A stretch of 64,000 nt of DNA, from assembly GCA_963783385.1 (NCBI GenBank), contig CAWANJ010000007.1:32001-96000 (forward strand), read 5' to 3'. The translations under genes and the position numbers were made by a program. Positions 28,831 through 41,680 of this stretch are shown here, one piece after another (within the stretch, counting starts at the first letter, position 1; each line of letters opens with the position of its first letter). The notes under the pieces are model-generated. The model saw nothing but the letters and a program-made list of their open reading frames with translations. It ran no database searches and was not told the DNA's origin. Source of the DNA: an uncultured Gemmatimonadales bacterium (GTDB lineage: Bacteria; Gemmatimonadota; Gemmatimonadetes; Palauibacterales; Palauibacteraceae).

Positions 28831-30632
28831 TCAGCGGGCCATGGGCCACAGCAGCGGGATGAGGACCACCGCCAGCGTCCCGGCCAGGAGCTGGAGCGGG
28901 AGCCCGGCCTTGGTGAAGTCGGTGAAGCGGTATCCGCCCGGCCCGTACACCATGAGGTTCGTCTGGTAGCCCAGCGGCGTCGCCATGGACAGGGACGCGG
29001 CCACCGTGACGGCGATCACCAGCGGCCGGGCCGCCAGCCCCAGGGCCCCGGCCACCGAGATGGCCACCGGGAACATGAGGGCGGCGGCCGCGTTGTTCGT
29101 GATCAGCTCGGTGAGGACGAGGGTCGCCACGAATAGACCCGCCAGCACGCCGCGCGGCCCGAAGGAGGCCGACGCGTCCACGACGCCCTCGGCCAGGAGG
29201 GTGGCGGCGCCGCTCTTCTCCATGGCCACCGCGATCCCGAGCGCTGAGCCGATCACCACCAGGAGCGACCAGTCCACGGCGCGCTTCGCCTCGCCGGGGC
29301 TCAGGCATCCGGTCACTACCATGGACAGCCCGCCCAGCGCGGCCGCCAGCGTGATGGACACGAGCCCGGTCCCCGCCAGGACGACCACCGCGGCCAGGAC
29401 GAGGAGCGAGGTCCAGCGGTGCCGATGCCGCGGGGCCGCGCTGCCGTCCACGCGGCTCACCAGGTAGAAATCCGAGGAGTCCCGAAAGGCGCGGTCGAAC
29501 CCCGCGGCGGCCTCCAGCATGAGCGCGTCGCCCGGCCGGAGGACGATGTCCCCGATCCGCTTCTCGATGCGCTCTCCGTGGCGGTGGACGGCGATGACGG
29601 CGGCATTGTAGCGGGACCTGAAGTTGGCCTCCCGGATGCTGGAGCCGACCAGGGGCGAGCCGGGCGAGATCACCGCCTCGTGCAGCTCGAGCGCCTCGCC
29701 GCCCGCCCCGGCGGCATACGGGCCTCCGGCCCCGGGTTCTCTCTCCGGATCGCCGCCCGTCACGGGCTCCAGCCCCCGGAAGCGCCGCAGGTCCACGATC
29801 GTCTCGACGAGGCCGGCGAAGGTGAGCCGGTCGCCCTCGGCCAGCCGCTCGGCCGGTCCCACGGGCGCCACGATGCCGGTCGTGCGCTCGATCCGAACCA
29901 GGAACAGGCCGGGCAGGTGCCGGAGCCCCGCGTCCTCCACCGTGTGCCCGATCAGGGGAGACGGCGAGGTGAGGCGCATCTCGGCCAGGTAGCGCCGCGC
30001 GCTTTCGGCGTCGGCCTCGACCTGGCGCCGGTCGGGGAGCAAGTAGGGGCTTACCAGCACCAGGTAGGCCACCCCCACGACAGCGATCGGCACGCCAATG
30101 CCGGCCAGCTCGAAGAAGCCCAGCCCTGGCAGGCCGTGGCGCTTCATGAGTCCGTCGACCACCAGGTTGGTCGACGTCCCGATCAGGGTGCACAGGCCGC
30201 CCAGGATAGACGCGTAGGACAGCGGGATGAGCACGCGCGAGGGCGCGATCCCGCGGCGCCGGGACCAGCGGATGGCCACCGGGATCCCCATGGCCACGAT
30301 CGGGGTGTTGTTGAGGAAGGCGGAGGCGACCACCGTGGTGCCGGTGAGCCGCACGAGCGCCTGGCGCAGGGTGCGGGCCGTGCCGAGCACAAGGTCGGTG
30401 ACCACCTCCAGCACCCCGGTCACCTTGAGCCCGGCCGCCACCACCAGGAGTCCGGCGATCGTGAGGAGAACGGGGTTCGAGAAGCCGCGGAGGGCGGCTT
30501 CGAAGTCCAGCACCCCCGCCGCCACGAGGACGATGAGGGCGCCGAACAGGAGGACGTCGGGACTCAGGACCTCGCGGGCCAGCGCGACGATGGTGAGCGC
30601 CACCACCGCCAGCGTGATCGCCGCGTCGAGGC

Positions 30633-30636
<4 letters not shown>
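28831..30636 (-). CDS. SLC13-family permease with TrkA-C domains, putative sulfate transporter
   Basis: SAFLNNTPIV, CTLIGTSTNL, ELITNNAAA, TPLGYQTNLMVYGPGGYRF; coupled to sat. Confidence 0.88.
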
Positions 30637-31784
<1,148 letters not shown>

Positions 31785-31792
31785 GGCTCCCC

Positions 31793-32416
31793 CTACTCCT
31801 TCTCGTGCAGCCGGATGTACCCGCGCTCCTCGAGCCAGCCGAGGATCACGTCCACCGACTCGTCCGGGTCCATCCGGTCCGTCTCGATCACCAGCTCGGC
31901 CTCCTCGGGCTCCTCGTAAGGCGCGTCGATGCCCGTGAAGCCCTTGATCTCGCCCGCCCGGGCCTTCTTGTAGAGGCCCTTCGGGTCCCGCTCCTCGCAC
32001 ACCTCGAGCGGACAGGAGACGAAGATCTCCACGAAGTCCATGTCCCGCTCCAGGATGGTCCGCACCTGGTCGCGGTCGTCCCGGTACGGGGAGATGAAGG
32101 CCGTGGCGACCAGGACGCCCGCGTCGGCGAACAGCCTGGCCACCTCGCCCACGCGGCGGATGTTCTCGGTGCGGTCCTCCGGCGAGAAGCCCAGGTCGCG
32201 GTTGAGGCCGTGGCGGACGTTGTCGCCGTCCAGGATGTAGGTGCTGTAGCCGTCGCGGTACAGTCGCTCCTCCAGGCGGGACGCCAGCGTCGACTTGCCG
32301 CTGCCCGAGAGGCCGGTGAACCACAGGACGGCGCCGCGGTGGCCGCGGCGGGCCTCCCGGTCCTCCCGCGAGATGCGGGTCTGCTGCCAGAAGATGTTCT
32401 TCGACTTGGGGCTCAT
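31793..32416 (-). CDS. cysC: Adenylyl-sulfate kinase
   Basis: [41 protein letters not shown]. Confidence 0.97.
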   Translation of the reverse strand: MSPKSKNIFWQQTRISREDREARRGHRGAVLWFTGLSGSGKSTLASRLEERLYRDGYSTYILDGDNVRHGLNRDLGFSPEDRTENIRRVGEVARLFADAGVLVATAFISPYRDDRDQVRTILERDMDFVEIFVSCPLEVCEERDPKGLYKKARAGEIKGFTGIDAPYEEPEEAELVIETDRMDPDESVDVILGWLEERGYIRLHEKE

Positions 32417-32460
32417 GCTCTCATGTCTCGTTGGTGGTCGTTGAATCGCGGTCGGAGCCG

Positions 32461-33414
32461 TCAGGCGCCCGGCGCGATATGTCTAACGGTCGGGAGCACC
32501 CGGGACCAGACCTCCGGCTCCGCCGCCAGGATCCCCTCGGGCTGGACGGGAGGGCTCTTCCCGTAGCCGAGAGGCTCGCCCAGGCAGTCCGTCACCCGGC
32601 CGCCCGCTCCCCGCAGCACCGCCTCCGGCGCGCACGTGTCCCACTCCTTGAGGTAGGGCACCGGGTGGACGTACAGGTCCGCCTCGCCGCCGGCGATGAG
32701 GCCGCATTTGACCCCCACCGACCCGGAGGAGACCGACTCGAGAGTCCCCAGCGCCGCCTCCAGCTCGTCCAGCGCCTCGGGGCGGTGGGAGCGCGAGTGC
32801 ACGAAACGGACGGGCCCGTCGCGGCGGGGCGGGACGTGGAGGGGCTCGAGGTGGAGGGGCTCGAGGCGGAGGTCGCGAGGGAGGCCGCGCTCCTCCAGGT
32901 CGCCGGCGGCCTCCGGCCTCACGCGTGCCCGCCACGCGTCCCCGTCCGCGATCCCGACGTCCAGGACGCCCGGGTCGGGACGGTAGACCGCGCCGAGGAT
33001 ACAACGCCCGCCCTCCGCCAGGCCGACCATGGCCGCGAACTCACCGAGCCCGTCGATGAACTCCCGCGTCCCGTCGAGCGGATCGACCACCCACAGTCGG
33101 TCGGTCCGGGTCGACTCGGAGGGGGACTCGCTCTCCTCGCTGAGCACCGGGTCGTCCGGGCGCTCGCGAGCCAGGAGGTCCAGGATGGCGCGGTTGGAGG
33201 CGTGGTCGGCGGCGGTCACCGGGTCGTCGGGGGCCTTGAGCTCGACGCCGAGGTCGCGGGGCGCACCGCCGTAGTAAGGGAGGATGGCGGCCCCGCCGGC
33301 CAGCGCCGCCGCTGCGGCCACCGCCAGGTCCTCCAGGCGAGCGTCGGGTGCGTCCGGCCCGGCGGCCGTCCGCAGGGCGGCTCGAAGTCTCTGAAGCTCG
33401 GGAGTGGGCGTCAC
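32461..33414 (-). CDS. cysQ: 3'(2'),5'-bisphosphate nucleotidase (PAP phosphatase)
   Basis: [38 protein letters not shown]. Confidence 0.9.
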   Translation of the reverse strand: MTPTPELQRLRAALRTAAGPDAPDARLEDLAVAAAAALAGGAAILPYYGGAPRDLGVELKAPDDPVTAADHASNRAILDLLARERPDDPVLSEESESPSESTRTDRLWVVDPLDGTREFIDGLGEFAAMVGLAEGGRCILGAVYRPDPGVLDVGIADGDAWRARVRPEAAGDLEERGLPRDLRLEPLHLEPLHVPPRRDGPVRFVHSRSHRPEALDELEAALGTLESVSSGSVGVKCGLIAGGEADLYVHPVPYLKEWDTCAPEAVLRGAGGRVTDCLGEPLGYGKSPPVQPEGILAAEPEVWSRVLPTVRHIAPGA

Positions 33415-33537
33415 GGGATGGACGAGATCCGGGTCGATGCGGCTGCGGAAGCGAGCCCGGCACGCTTGTGCCGGGTCGGGGGCGAGCCTAGTCTATCGAC
33501 CGATCGACCCGGGTTCAACGCGGACCTGTCGTGTCCC

Positions 33538-36470
33538 ATGGTCGGAGGCCATATTCCGGACCCCGTGTTCGTGAGACGCTTTCTGGAAAGGCAGGGCGGG
33601 AGCCGTCGCCGGCCCGGGCTTCCGTCGCGGCCGACGACCGGTTTCGCGGCGACCGTCACGCTGGCGTGGCTCGCCGCGGCCGCGCTCCTCCTCCCGGTCA
33701 CCCTTCGGGCGCAGCAGCCGACCGCCGACCAGCTTCGACAGCGGGCCGAGCAGCTCCTGGGACATCCGGTCTCGAACCAGGACATCCTGCGCTACATCCA
33801 GCAATCGGGGCTCACGCCCGACCAGATCCGCCAGCGGCTGGCCGCTCGCGGGATCAATCCGGACATCGCGGCGCCCTACCTGGATGTGCTGGAAGGTCGA
33901 TCGCAGACCGTCGCCCCCGGCGCGTCGTCGATCTCCGCCGCCCAGCTCTTCAGCGTGCTTCCGGGCATCACGGGCCAGACCGGGGTCGATACGACGGGGA
34001 TGATGACGGGCCGGGTGCCTTCTCCCTATCTCACGCAGCCCGGCCTGTACGGTCAGGTCCCCTACGGCGGCCAGCCGGAGACCGGTCCGCCGGTATACGG
34101 ACGAAAGCTCTTCCGGCAGGCCACCTCGCAGTTCCAGCCCGTGACGACCGGCCCCGTCCCTCCGGACTACCGCGTGGGTCCCGGGGACGAGCTGGCGCTG
34201 GTGCTCACCGGCGGCGTGGAGGCCGCCTATCAGCTCCCGGTGACGAGGGAGGGGTGGATCGTCATCCCCGACGTCGGCCGCGTGTACGTGAACGGCAAGA
34301 CCATGGCCGATCTCCGGGAGACGTTGTTCCAGCGTCTGTCGCAGTCGTACTCGGGGATCAAGAAGGGTTCCGGTGCCACGACCCACTTCGACGTGACGGT
34401 GGGCAACCTGCGCACGGACCAGGTCTACGTGATCGGCGAGGTCGAGCGGCCGGCCGCCTACACGGTGAGCAGCCTGGCCACGGTCCTCACGGCGCTCTAC
34501 TACGCCGGAGGACCCACGCGGGATGGGTCGTTCCGGGACGTCTACGTGAACCGCGGCGACAGCACGGTGGCCCACGTCGACCTGTACGACTACCTGCTCA
34601 AGGGGAAGGCGGGCCAGGACATCCGTCTCGAGCAGGGCGACATCGTCTACGTGCCGGTGGCCCGGAAGCGCGTGGACCTGGAGGGCGCGATCAAGCGTCC
34701 GGGCATCTACGAGCTCGAGGGTAAGGAGGGGCTGGCCGACGCCATCCGGTTCGCGGGCGGCCTGGCCGCCAACGCCGAGCTTCGCCGGGTCCAGATCCAG
34801 CGGGTCCTGCCGCCCGACCAGCGCACCCCCGGTCACGACCGGGCGCTGCTGGACGTGTCCGTCTCCGGCCTCCTGGCGGCCGGGGACTCCACCGTCCGGT
34901 CGGCCGGAGGACGGTCCGTGCCGCTCGTGGATGGGGACCAGATCACCGTGTTCGCCGTCCTCGACGAGACCCGGAACCAGGTGACCGTGAGCGGCGGCGT
35001 GTGGCGCCCCGGCACCTACGCGGCCGGCGACAGCACCCGCCTGTGGGATATCATCGATGCGGCCGGGGGGCTGGTGCCGGACGCCTACCAGGGCCGCGCG
35101 CAGATCCAGCGGCTCCAGCCCGATTACACGCGCCGGCTCATTCCCGTCTCCCTGGCCACCGGATCGGACGGCCATCCCCTCCAGAATCCGCGCGTGGAGG
35201 GCATGGACCAGGTCATCATCTTCGCCAAGCACACCCTGCGGGAGGACCAGGCGGTGTCGATCGGCGGCTGGGTCCAGAACCCCGGCGTGTATCCGTACGT
35301 GGAGGGGATGACGGTGGCCGACCTCGTCCTCAAGGCCGGCGGCCTGCGCACCGGCGCCTTCACGGGTCAGGCCGAGGTCGCGCGAGTAGTGATCTCGCAG
35401 ACGCGCTCGGACACGCTGACGCGGCGGTACCTGGTCCCCCTGGACAGCAGCTTCGTGTTCGACGCGTCGAACGGGTCCGCCGAGAACGAGTCGGCTGGCG
35501 CCGGCTCGCCGGGCGGGCAGGCATCCCGCTTCACGCTCCACAACCTGGATGCCGTGTACGTGCGTAAGGCGCCGGGCTTCGAGCCGCAGCAGAAGGTGGT
35601 GGTGACCGGCGAGGTCCAGTTCCCGGGTCCCTATTCGATCCGGACCCGGGAGGAGCGGCTCACCGACCTCATCAAGCGGGTGGGGGGTCTCACCGAGCAG
35701 GCCTATCCGGAAGGCTTCCAGCTGTGGCGGGCCGAGCCCGTGCAGAGCAACGACACCCTCACGGCGGCGCAGATCGCCGGGCAGGCCGTCGGCGACACGA
35801 CCCGGGGCGGTCTGTTCACCGCCGATTCCCTGTACCAGGGTGCCCTTCGGCCGGGGACGCAGCCGGGGGGAGCCGGCCAGTACGGCAGCGGGGCCAGTTC
35901 GGCATTCCGGGGTACCCGCCGACCGACACCGGCGCCGTGGGCGCCATGCGCGACTCGCTCCAGGCGCTGCAGCAGCAGCTCCAGGCGCAGCAGGCGGGCC
36001 AGCAGCCATCGCCGGCGCCCACGCCGCGCACGCGCGTCGGGATCGACTTCCAGCAGGCCCTGCGTCAGCCCAACGGGTCCGCCGACATCCTGGTCGAGCC
36101 CGGTGACTCCATCTACGTGCCGCGCTACGTGCCCACCGTGGACGTGGAGGGCGCCGTGGGCGTGCAGACCAAGGTGCTGTGGAAGGAGGGAGAGGGCGTC
36201 GACTACTACATCCGCCGGGCCGGCGGCTACGCCGAGAACGCCGACAATGGGCGCACGCGCGTGCGGTTCGCCAACGGCCAGGTGGCCGCGCGCGGAAGCA
36301 AGTTCCTCATCTTCGGCGGGGGACTTCCGGATCCCGATCCCGGCAGCACGATCACGGTGCCCAGCAAGCCGCCCAAGCAGGGCGGCGGGATCTCGGTGGG
36401 TGCGCTGTTCGGCATCCTGACCTCGATCGCCACGGCCGCGGCCACCATCATCATCGCCGCCAAGAAGTAG
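33538..36470 (+). CDS. Large SLBB-repeat polysaccharide export protein (Wza/KpsD-like); frameshift near 35900; start uncertain
   Basis: Signal peptide; YRVGPGDEL Poly_export motif; repeated GEV..PG.Y...AGG SLBB units; C-terminal amphipathic helix. Confidence 0.85.
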
Positions 36471-36510
36471 GCGGCGGGCCGCCACCGCGGCGGGCGCGTC
36501 GGCGCCCCGG

Positions 36511-37722
36511 CTACGCCCCCTGCAGCACCCGCGTCCGGATGGCCCCCTCCAGCGCCCCGAACCGCTCGGCCGCGTCGGCCGGCGGCTTCCCCTCCACGTC
36601 CGTGGCCGCGTAGCCCAGCGGCCCCCGGGTCTCCAGGTGCTGGGCGGCCACGTTGAGGCCGAGGCCGCTCACCAGCTCGTTGAGCCGGCTCAGGAAGCCG
36701 GGCGCGTTGCGGTGCATGGACAGGATGCGCGCGCGCCCCTCGCGCAGGGCCCCCGGGTCGAGCTCGGGGACGTTCACCGAGCCCCGCGTCGAGCCCTCGA
36801 GCACGTAGCGGGCGAGCTTGGCGGCCACGTCGCCGCCGATCGACTCCTGGGCCTCGACCGTGGATCCGCCAATGTGGGGGGTGATGAGGACGTTGTCGAA
36901 CGTCAGGAGCGGTGACGCGAACGCCTCGCCCTTCGAGCCCGGCTCGTCCGGGTAGACGTCGATGGCCGCGCCCGACAGGTGGCCCGAGCCCAGCGCCTCG
37001 CACAGGGCGTCGATGTCCACCAGGTCGCCGCGCGCGTGGTTGACGAGGCAGGCGCCGGGCTTCATGCGGGCGATGGCCTTCGCGTCGATCATCCCGCGGG
37101 TGAGCTCCGTGGAGGGGACGTGCAGGGTCACCACGTCCGAGAGCCCCAGGAGCTCCTCCAGCGTCCCGACCGCCCGCGCGTTGCCGTGGGAGAGCTTGGC
37201 CTCGATGTCGTAGTAGTACACGTGCATCCCGAGCCCGCTGGCCAGCACCGAGAGCTGCGACCCAATGTTGCCGTAGCCGATGATGCCCAGGTTCTTGGCC
37301 CTGGCCTCGTGGGCGCCCTGGACCGTCTTGAGCCACTGGCCGCGGCGCAGGCCGAGGCTCTTCTCCGGGATCCGGCGCAGCAGCATGACCGCCGAGGCCA
37401 GCGTCAGCTCCGCGACCGAGCGGGTGTTGGCGAAGGGCGCGTTGAACACGGGGACGCCGTGCTCGGCGGCGGCCTCCAAGTCCACCTGGTTGGTCCCGAT
37501 GCAGAAGCAGCCGATGGCCAGGAGGTCCTTCGCGGCGCCGATCGCCCCGGCGTCCAGGTGCGTGCGCGAGCGGATCCCGACCAGGTGGCGGTCGGCCATC
37601 GCCTCGGCGACGCCCGTCTTGATGGCGCCCGCGCGCCGGTCGATCTGGATGCCTTCGATGCGGCCGAGCGGGGCGTCGGCGCTGGCGTGGATGTTCTCGG
37701 TGAGCAGGGCCTTCGTGGGCAC
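36511..37722 (-). CDS. serA: D-3-phosphoglycerate dehydrogenase with ACT domain
   Basis: GIRSRT, CFCIGTNQVD, GIIGYGNIG, TPHIGGSTVEAQ, HRNAPG. Confidence 0.95.
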   Translation of the reverse strand: MPTKALLTENIHASADAPLGRIEGIQIDRRAGAIKTGVAEAMADRHLVGIRSRTHLDAGAIGAAKDLLAIGCFCIGTNQVDLEAAAEHGVPVFNAPFANTRSVAELTLASAVMLLRRIPEKSLGLRRGQWLKTVQGAHEARAKNLGIIGYGNIGSQLSVLASGLGMHVYYYDIEAKLSHGNARAVGTLEELLGLSDVVTLHVPSTELTRGMIDAKAIARMKPGACLVNHARGDLVDIDALCEALGSGHLSGAAIDVYPDEPGSKGEAFASPLLTFDNVLITPHIGGSTVEAQESIGGDVAAKLARYVLEGSTRGSVNVPELDPGALREGRARILSMHRNAPGFLSRLNELVSGLGLNVAAQHLETRGPLGYAATDVEGKPPADAAERFGALEGAIRTRVLQGA

Positions 37723-37982
37723 GGCGTCTCCCGTCCTCGTGTCGGCACGCGGCGGGTCCGCCGCCGCGTCCGGGGTGAGCGTTGGTCGTCGACCCGGCCA
37801 AGGCTATGCGCCCGGCACCCGGCGGGCCACCGCGCGTGACCGCCGCCGACGTGGATCCCGGCCCGGCCGCGCCTGTATTACACGCCGACCGACGTCATTC
37901 GAGACCGCTGACAGCGATCCGACCGCGGCCCGCCGGCCGGCGGGCGACACGACACCGACGGCTCCAGATCCCGGAGGCACCC

Positions 37983-38846
37983 GTGAACAGCAGGCAGCGC
38001 TTCGCACCGATCCTGGCCGCCGTCCTGGCCATGGTCGTCACCCTTCCGGCCGCACCCGTTCGCGCCCAGTCCGCCAGCTCGGTCCTCCAGAAGGCCCTGG
38101 ACCGCTACGACCAGCAGATGAAGGGAGTGGACAACTACTCCCTGACGCTGGGCTCCTCGATGATGCCCCAGAACTACACCGTCTACTACGAGAAGAAGAT
38201 GGTGAACGGGCATCCGGTGTTCGTGACGCCGGGCCAGAGCCAGGAGAAGGCGGCCAGCGAGTGGGGGAACCCCTACGAGGTGCTGCCCAAGATCGCCTCG
38301 CGGGCCAGGGTGACCGGCCACGAGACCGTCGATGGCCACGACACGTACGTCGTGAAGGTCGACGACCTGACGGGCATCGACTTCGGGCAGGAGGCGCTGG
38401 GGCAGGCCCAGGACGCCAAGCTCGAGCCCAAGACGATGACGCTGTACCTGGACAGCAAGGAGTACCTGGTGCGCCGCATGCACCTGGAGGGCACGATCAC
38501 GCGGGACAGCGCCTCCAACCCGGTCACGATGGACGCCCACCTGCTCGACTACCGGAACATCAAGGGCCTCATGCAGCCCTTCAAGACCCAGATCACCATG
38601 GAGGGGCTGACCGGCAGTCTGTCCAAGGAGGACCGGGAGCAGGCCCGGCAGTCGCTCGCGCAGCTCGAGGATCGGCTCAAGAGCATGCCGGAGGCGCAGC
38701 GTCAGGCCATGGAGCAGATGCTGGGGCCGCAGATGAAGAAGATGCAGCAGATGCTCGACACCGGGAGCATGGACATGACCATCGAGGTCAAGGACGTCCA
38801 GGTGAACGCCGGGCCACCCAAGGGACAGGGTTCCGGCGGGAGCTGA
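37983..38846 (+). CDS. Secreted hypothetical protein, possibly LolA/DUF4412-like beta fold
   Basis: GGAGG RBS; Sec signal ending VRA-Q; GHETVDGHDTYVV and LYLDSKEYLV motifs. Confidence 0.65.
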   Translation: MNSRQRFAPILAAVLAMVVTLPAAPVRAQSASSVLQKALDRYDQQMKGVDNYSLTLGSSMMPQNYTVYYEKKMVNGHPVFVTPGQSQEKAASEWGNPYEVLPKIASRARVTGHETVDGHDTYVVKVDDLTGIDFGQEALGQAQDAKLEPKTMTLYLDSKEYLVRRMHLEGTITRDSASNPVTMDAHLLDYRNIKGLMQPFKTQITMEGLTGSLSKEDREQARQSLAQLEDRLKSMPEAQRQAMEQMLGPQMKKMQQMLDTGSMDMTIEVKDVQVNAGPPKGQGSGGS

Positions 38847-38852
38847 CCTCCG

Positions 38853-39945
38853 TCAGGTCTGGACGCGGGTCATCAGCGCCAGGCCCGCGACCAGGAACAG
38901 GGCGTTGGGGAGCCAGGCCGCCAGCACCGGCGGCAGGGCCCCCCCGGCGCCCAGCGCCTGCGCGATCCGGATGAGCATCAGGAAGAAGATCGTGGTGGCC
39001 AGCGCGATCCCCATGGCCACCGGGGCGCCCCCGCGGCGCGTGGAGTGCGCCAGCGGCAGGCCGAACAGCACGATGATCAGGCAGGTGAAGGGGAAGGCGA
39101 TCTTCAGGGCACGCTCGACGATGAGCTCGCGGGCGGAGCCTCCCGAGCGCTGGATCGCCTCGATGAAGTGGCCCAGCTCGGCGTAGCCCATTCTCGTCGG
39201 GGTCCTTCGGCTCCGCCAGGAGCTCCTGGGGCGTCTCCGTGAACGAGCGCTGCCACAGCGTCTGGAACTCGAAGCTCAGCGAGATGCCGCGCTGCGGGAA
39301 CAGTCGGAGGCTCCCGCCGCGGATCGTCCACTGCCGCCCCGCCGAGTCCCAGTCGGCGCCTCGCGCCAGCACGTCGTAGGTGGGGTAGTCCCAGCCCGTC
39401 CCCTCGCGCGTGATCTCGAGCCCCGCGATCGACGCGTGCCGCGCGTCCAGCTGCCGGATCTGGTAGACCCGCCCCGCGTTCCCCCGGAACACGAACTGGT
39501 TGCGGACCGTCTCGCTGCGCGAGCGCTGCTTGCCCAGGACCTGGTCCGCCTTGCGGTTGGCCGCCGGCACCACCTCCGTGAGCGCCAGCGCCACCAGGCT
39601 GATCACCCCGCCGGCCAGGAGGAGGGGCGCGATCAGCCGGTAGAAGCTCACGCCTCCCGCCTTGGCCGCCGTCGTCTCGAAGTGGTGGGTCATGTTGGAG
39701 ATCGTGAACACCGCGGCGAGCAGGGCGGCGATCGGGAAGGCGAGGAGGGACTGGTAGGGGAACTGGTAGACGTAGTGGAGAAGCACGTCCAGCCGGCTGG
39801 CCCCCTCGTTGAGGAAGCTGGACAGGTGGTCGGTGAGGTCGATGACGATGAGGATGAAGGGCACGCCCAGCACGCACAGCCCGAAGATCCTCAGGAACTG
39901 CCCGAGGACGTAGCGGTCCAGCACCCGGATACGGAGGCGACTCAT
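38853..39945 (-). CDS. lptG: LPS export permease LptG; frameshift near 39192
   Basis: LDRYVL, ETTAAKAGGVS; then KIAFPFTCL...AAWLPN. Confidence 0.85.
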
Positions 39946-39985
39946 CGGAGTCCCGCCCCGCGGCACGACCGGACGCCCGAGCTCC

Positions 39986-41464
39986 TCATCCGACCCGGAC
40001 CCCGCGCCACACGAACCACAGCCCGATGGCGCCGAACAGGACGTCCGGCGACCACATGGCCACGTACGGCGAGATGATGAGCCGGTCCGCCAGCCCCTCT
40101 CCCGCCACCAGCGACACGTAGTAGGCGCAGAACACCAGCAGGCTCACCCCCACGACCATGGCCACGCCTCCCTCCTTGTAGCGTACCGCGATCGGACCGC
40201 CGATGAGCACGAACACGAGGCAGGCCGTCGGGATGGCGAACTTCTTCTGGATCTCGACCTGGTAGCGGCTGGCCCGCTGCTCTGCCCCCCGGAGCCGGAT
40301 CGCGTACGAGCCCGCCTCCGTCGCGGCCGAGACCAGGGCGTTGAGCCGCGCGGCGTTGTCGTGTCCCTTCCGACGCGCCGCGGCCAGGGTCGAGTCGCGC
40401 ACGAAAGCCGTGTCGGAGCCGCTCACCGCGGCCAGGGGGCCCGTGTCGGAGACGGAGGTCGCGGCCTTCCGGGCCGCGGCGGGCCGGGTGAGGATGGAGT
40501 CGCGCGGGACCGGGAGGCCCAGAACGCGCAGGGCGAGGCCTTCGGAGAACGCGCGGCTCTGCGCGATCACCTCCGCCTGCTCGAGGCGCGCGCTGCGGAC
40601 TTGCTGCTCCATGCGGCCGACCGGCATCTCGCGGTCGCCGCGGTAGCCGTTCTCCTGCTCCTTTTCGAGCTGGTTGGTCACCCCGGGCACGCGCATGACC
40701 AGCTCGCGGAAGTCCATGCGTTCGAACTCGCGGGGCTTGTTCTCGCTGTGCTGGTACATGATCCCGTTGTACAGCGTCAGGAACAGGTCCGTCTGCGCCT
40801 CATTGTAGGCCATGTCGCCGCTGTCGGCGTAGATGGTCCGGGCCCGGTCGCGCGTGCGGCGGTCGTAGATGGCCACGTCCTGGAGCGCGCTGCGCGCGCG
40901 GTCGATGCGGGCGGCCCGCAGGTAGAGCTCGTTCGACAGCACCTCGTTGATCGTGCGCTCGCGGAGCACGAAGGTGGGCTTCTTGCGCCCGATGCTGGAC
41001 AGGAGGAGCGCCAGCCTGTGGTTGGAGGAGGGGAGCAGCGTGTTGTTGAACACGACCAGCCCCCCGCCGACCAACATGCCGGCGAGGGCCAGCGGAGCCA
41101 GAAGGCGCGGCAGGTGGATCCCGCTCGCCTTGAGGGCGGTGATCTCGTTGTCGGCCGCCAGCTGGTTGAAGGTGTACAGGACGGCTATCAACACCGCCAT
41201 TGGCACGGTGACGGCGAGGATGAAAGGAAAGGAGAGAACGAAGACGCGCGCGATGATGGTCCAGTCCAACCCCTTGCCCAGCAGTTTGTTGAAACGCTGG
41301 CCAATCTCGTTGAGGAGGAGGAGCAGCGTGAGCGCGGACAGCGCGAACAGGAAGGGCGCGGCATGCAGCCGGAGCAGGTAGCGCGTGAGGATGCCGCCCG
41401 GACGAGCCGAGCGGGGCTCGCTCTCGGGCAGGCGGGCTCGTGCGCGTCGCGGGGACCCTGGCAT
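39986..41464 (-). CDS. lptF: LPS export permease LptF
   Basis: ILTRYLL, DNEITALKASGI, EIQKKFAIP, AMWSPD; tandem with lptG. Confidence 0.88.
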   Translation of the reverse strand: MPGSPRRARARLPESEPRSARPGGILTRYLLRLHAAPFLFALSALTLLLLLNEIGQRFNKLLGKGLDWTIIARVFVLSFPFILAVTVPMAVLIAVLYTFNQLAADNEITALKASGIHLPRLLAPLALAGMLVGGGLVVFNNTLLPSSNHRLALLLSSIGRKKPTFVLRERTINEVLSNELYLRAARIDRARSALQDVAIYDRRTRDRARTIYADSGDMAYNEAQTDLFLTLYNGIMYQHSENKPREFERMDFRELVMRVPGVTNQLEKEQENGYRGDREMPVGRMEQQVRSARLEQAEVIAQSRAFSEGLALRVLGLPVPRDSILTRPAAARKAATSVSDTGPLAAVSGSDTAFVRDSTLAAARRKGHDNAARLNALVSAATEAGSYAIRLRGAEQRASRYQVEIQKKFAIPTACLVFVLIGGPIAVRYKEGGVAMVVGVSLLVFCAYYVSLVAGEGLADRLIISPYVAMWSPDVLFGAIGLWFVWRGVRVG

Positions 41465-41622
41465 GCGTCGGACTCGTGACCCCTGGCTGGTGGATCCTGT
41501 GGCGTGGGGCTCGGCTTCGCGGCCTCCACGCTGGAAGCTACGCCCTCCCTGGGCCCATGGACACCGCCGCGCGGGCCGGCCGAAGGGCCGGCGCCGGGGA
41601 GCGGAGGGGTCCTCCCGGACGC

Positions 41623-41680
41623 GATGTCAAAGAATGTCCATCCTTGCTATTCCCTGACATATCCTGACAATCTTCGGCAT
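41623..41680 (+). repeat. Phased TGNCA palindromic element, copy 3
   Basis: GATGTCAAAGAATGTCCATCCTTGCTATTCCCTGACATATCCTGACAATCTTCGGCAT; motifs at 41625 to 41675 every 10 bp. Confidence 0.82.

Noticed and set aside
32838-32867. Short in-frame duplications (LEPLH x2 in cysQ, also AGPA in GT87 and KKIE in the last ORF)
   Set aside because: Ordinary slippage duplications in loop regions with no shared motif.
32431-33537. N-terminal extension of the 1329-aa ORF
   Set aside because: It is the antisense shadow of cysQ; the real protein starts near 33538-33571.
36511-37722. serA as a dedicated serine supply for EPS aminoacylation
   Set aside because: Separate convergent transcription unit and an ordinary housekeeping enzyme; adjacency alone is not evidence.
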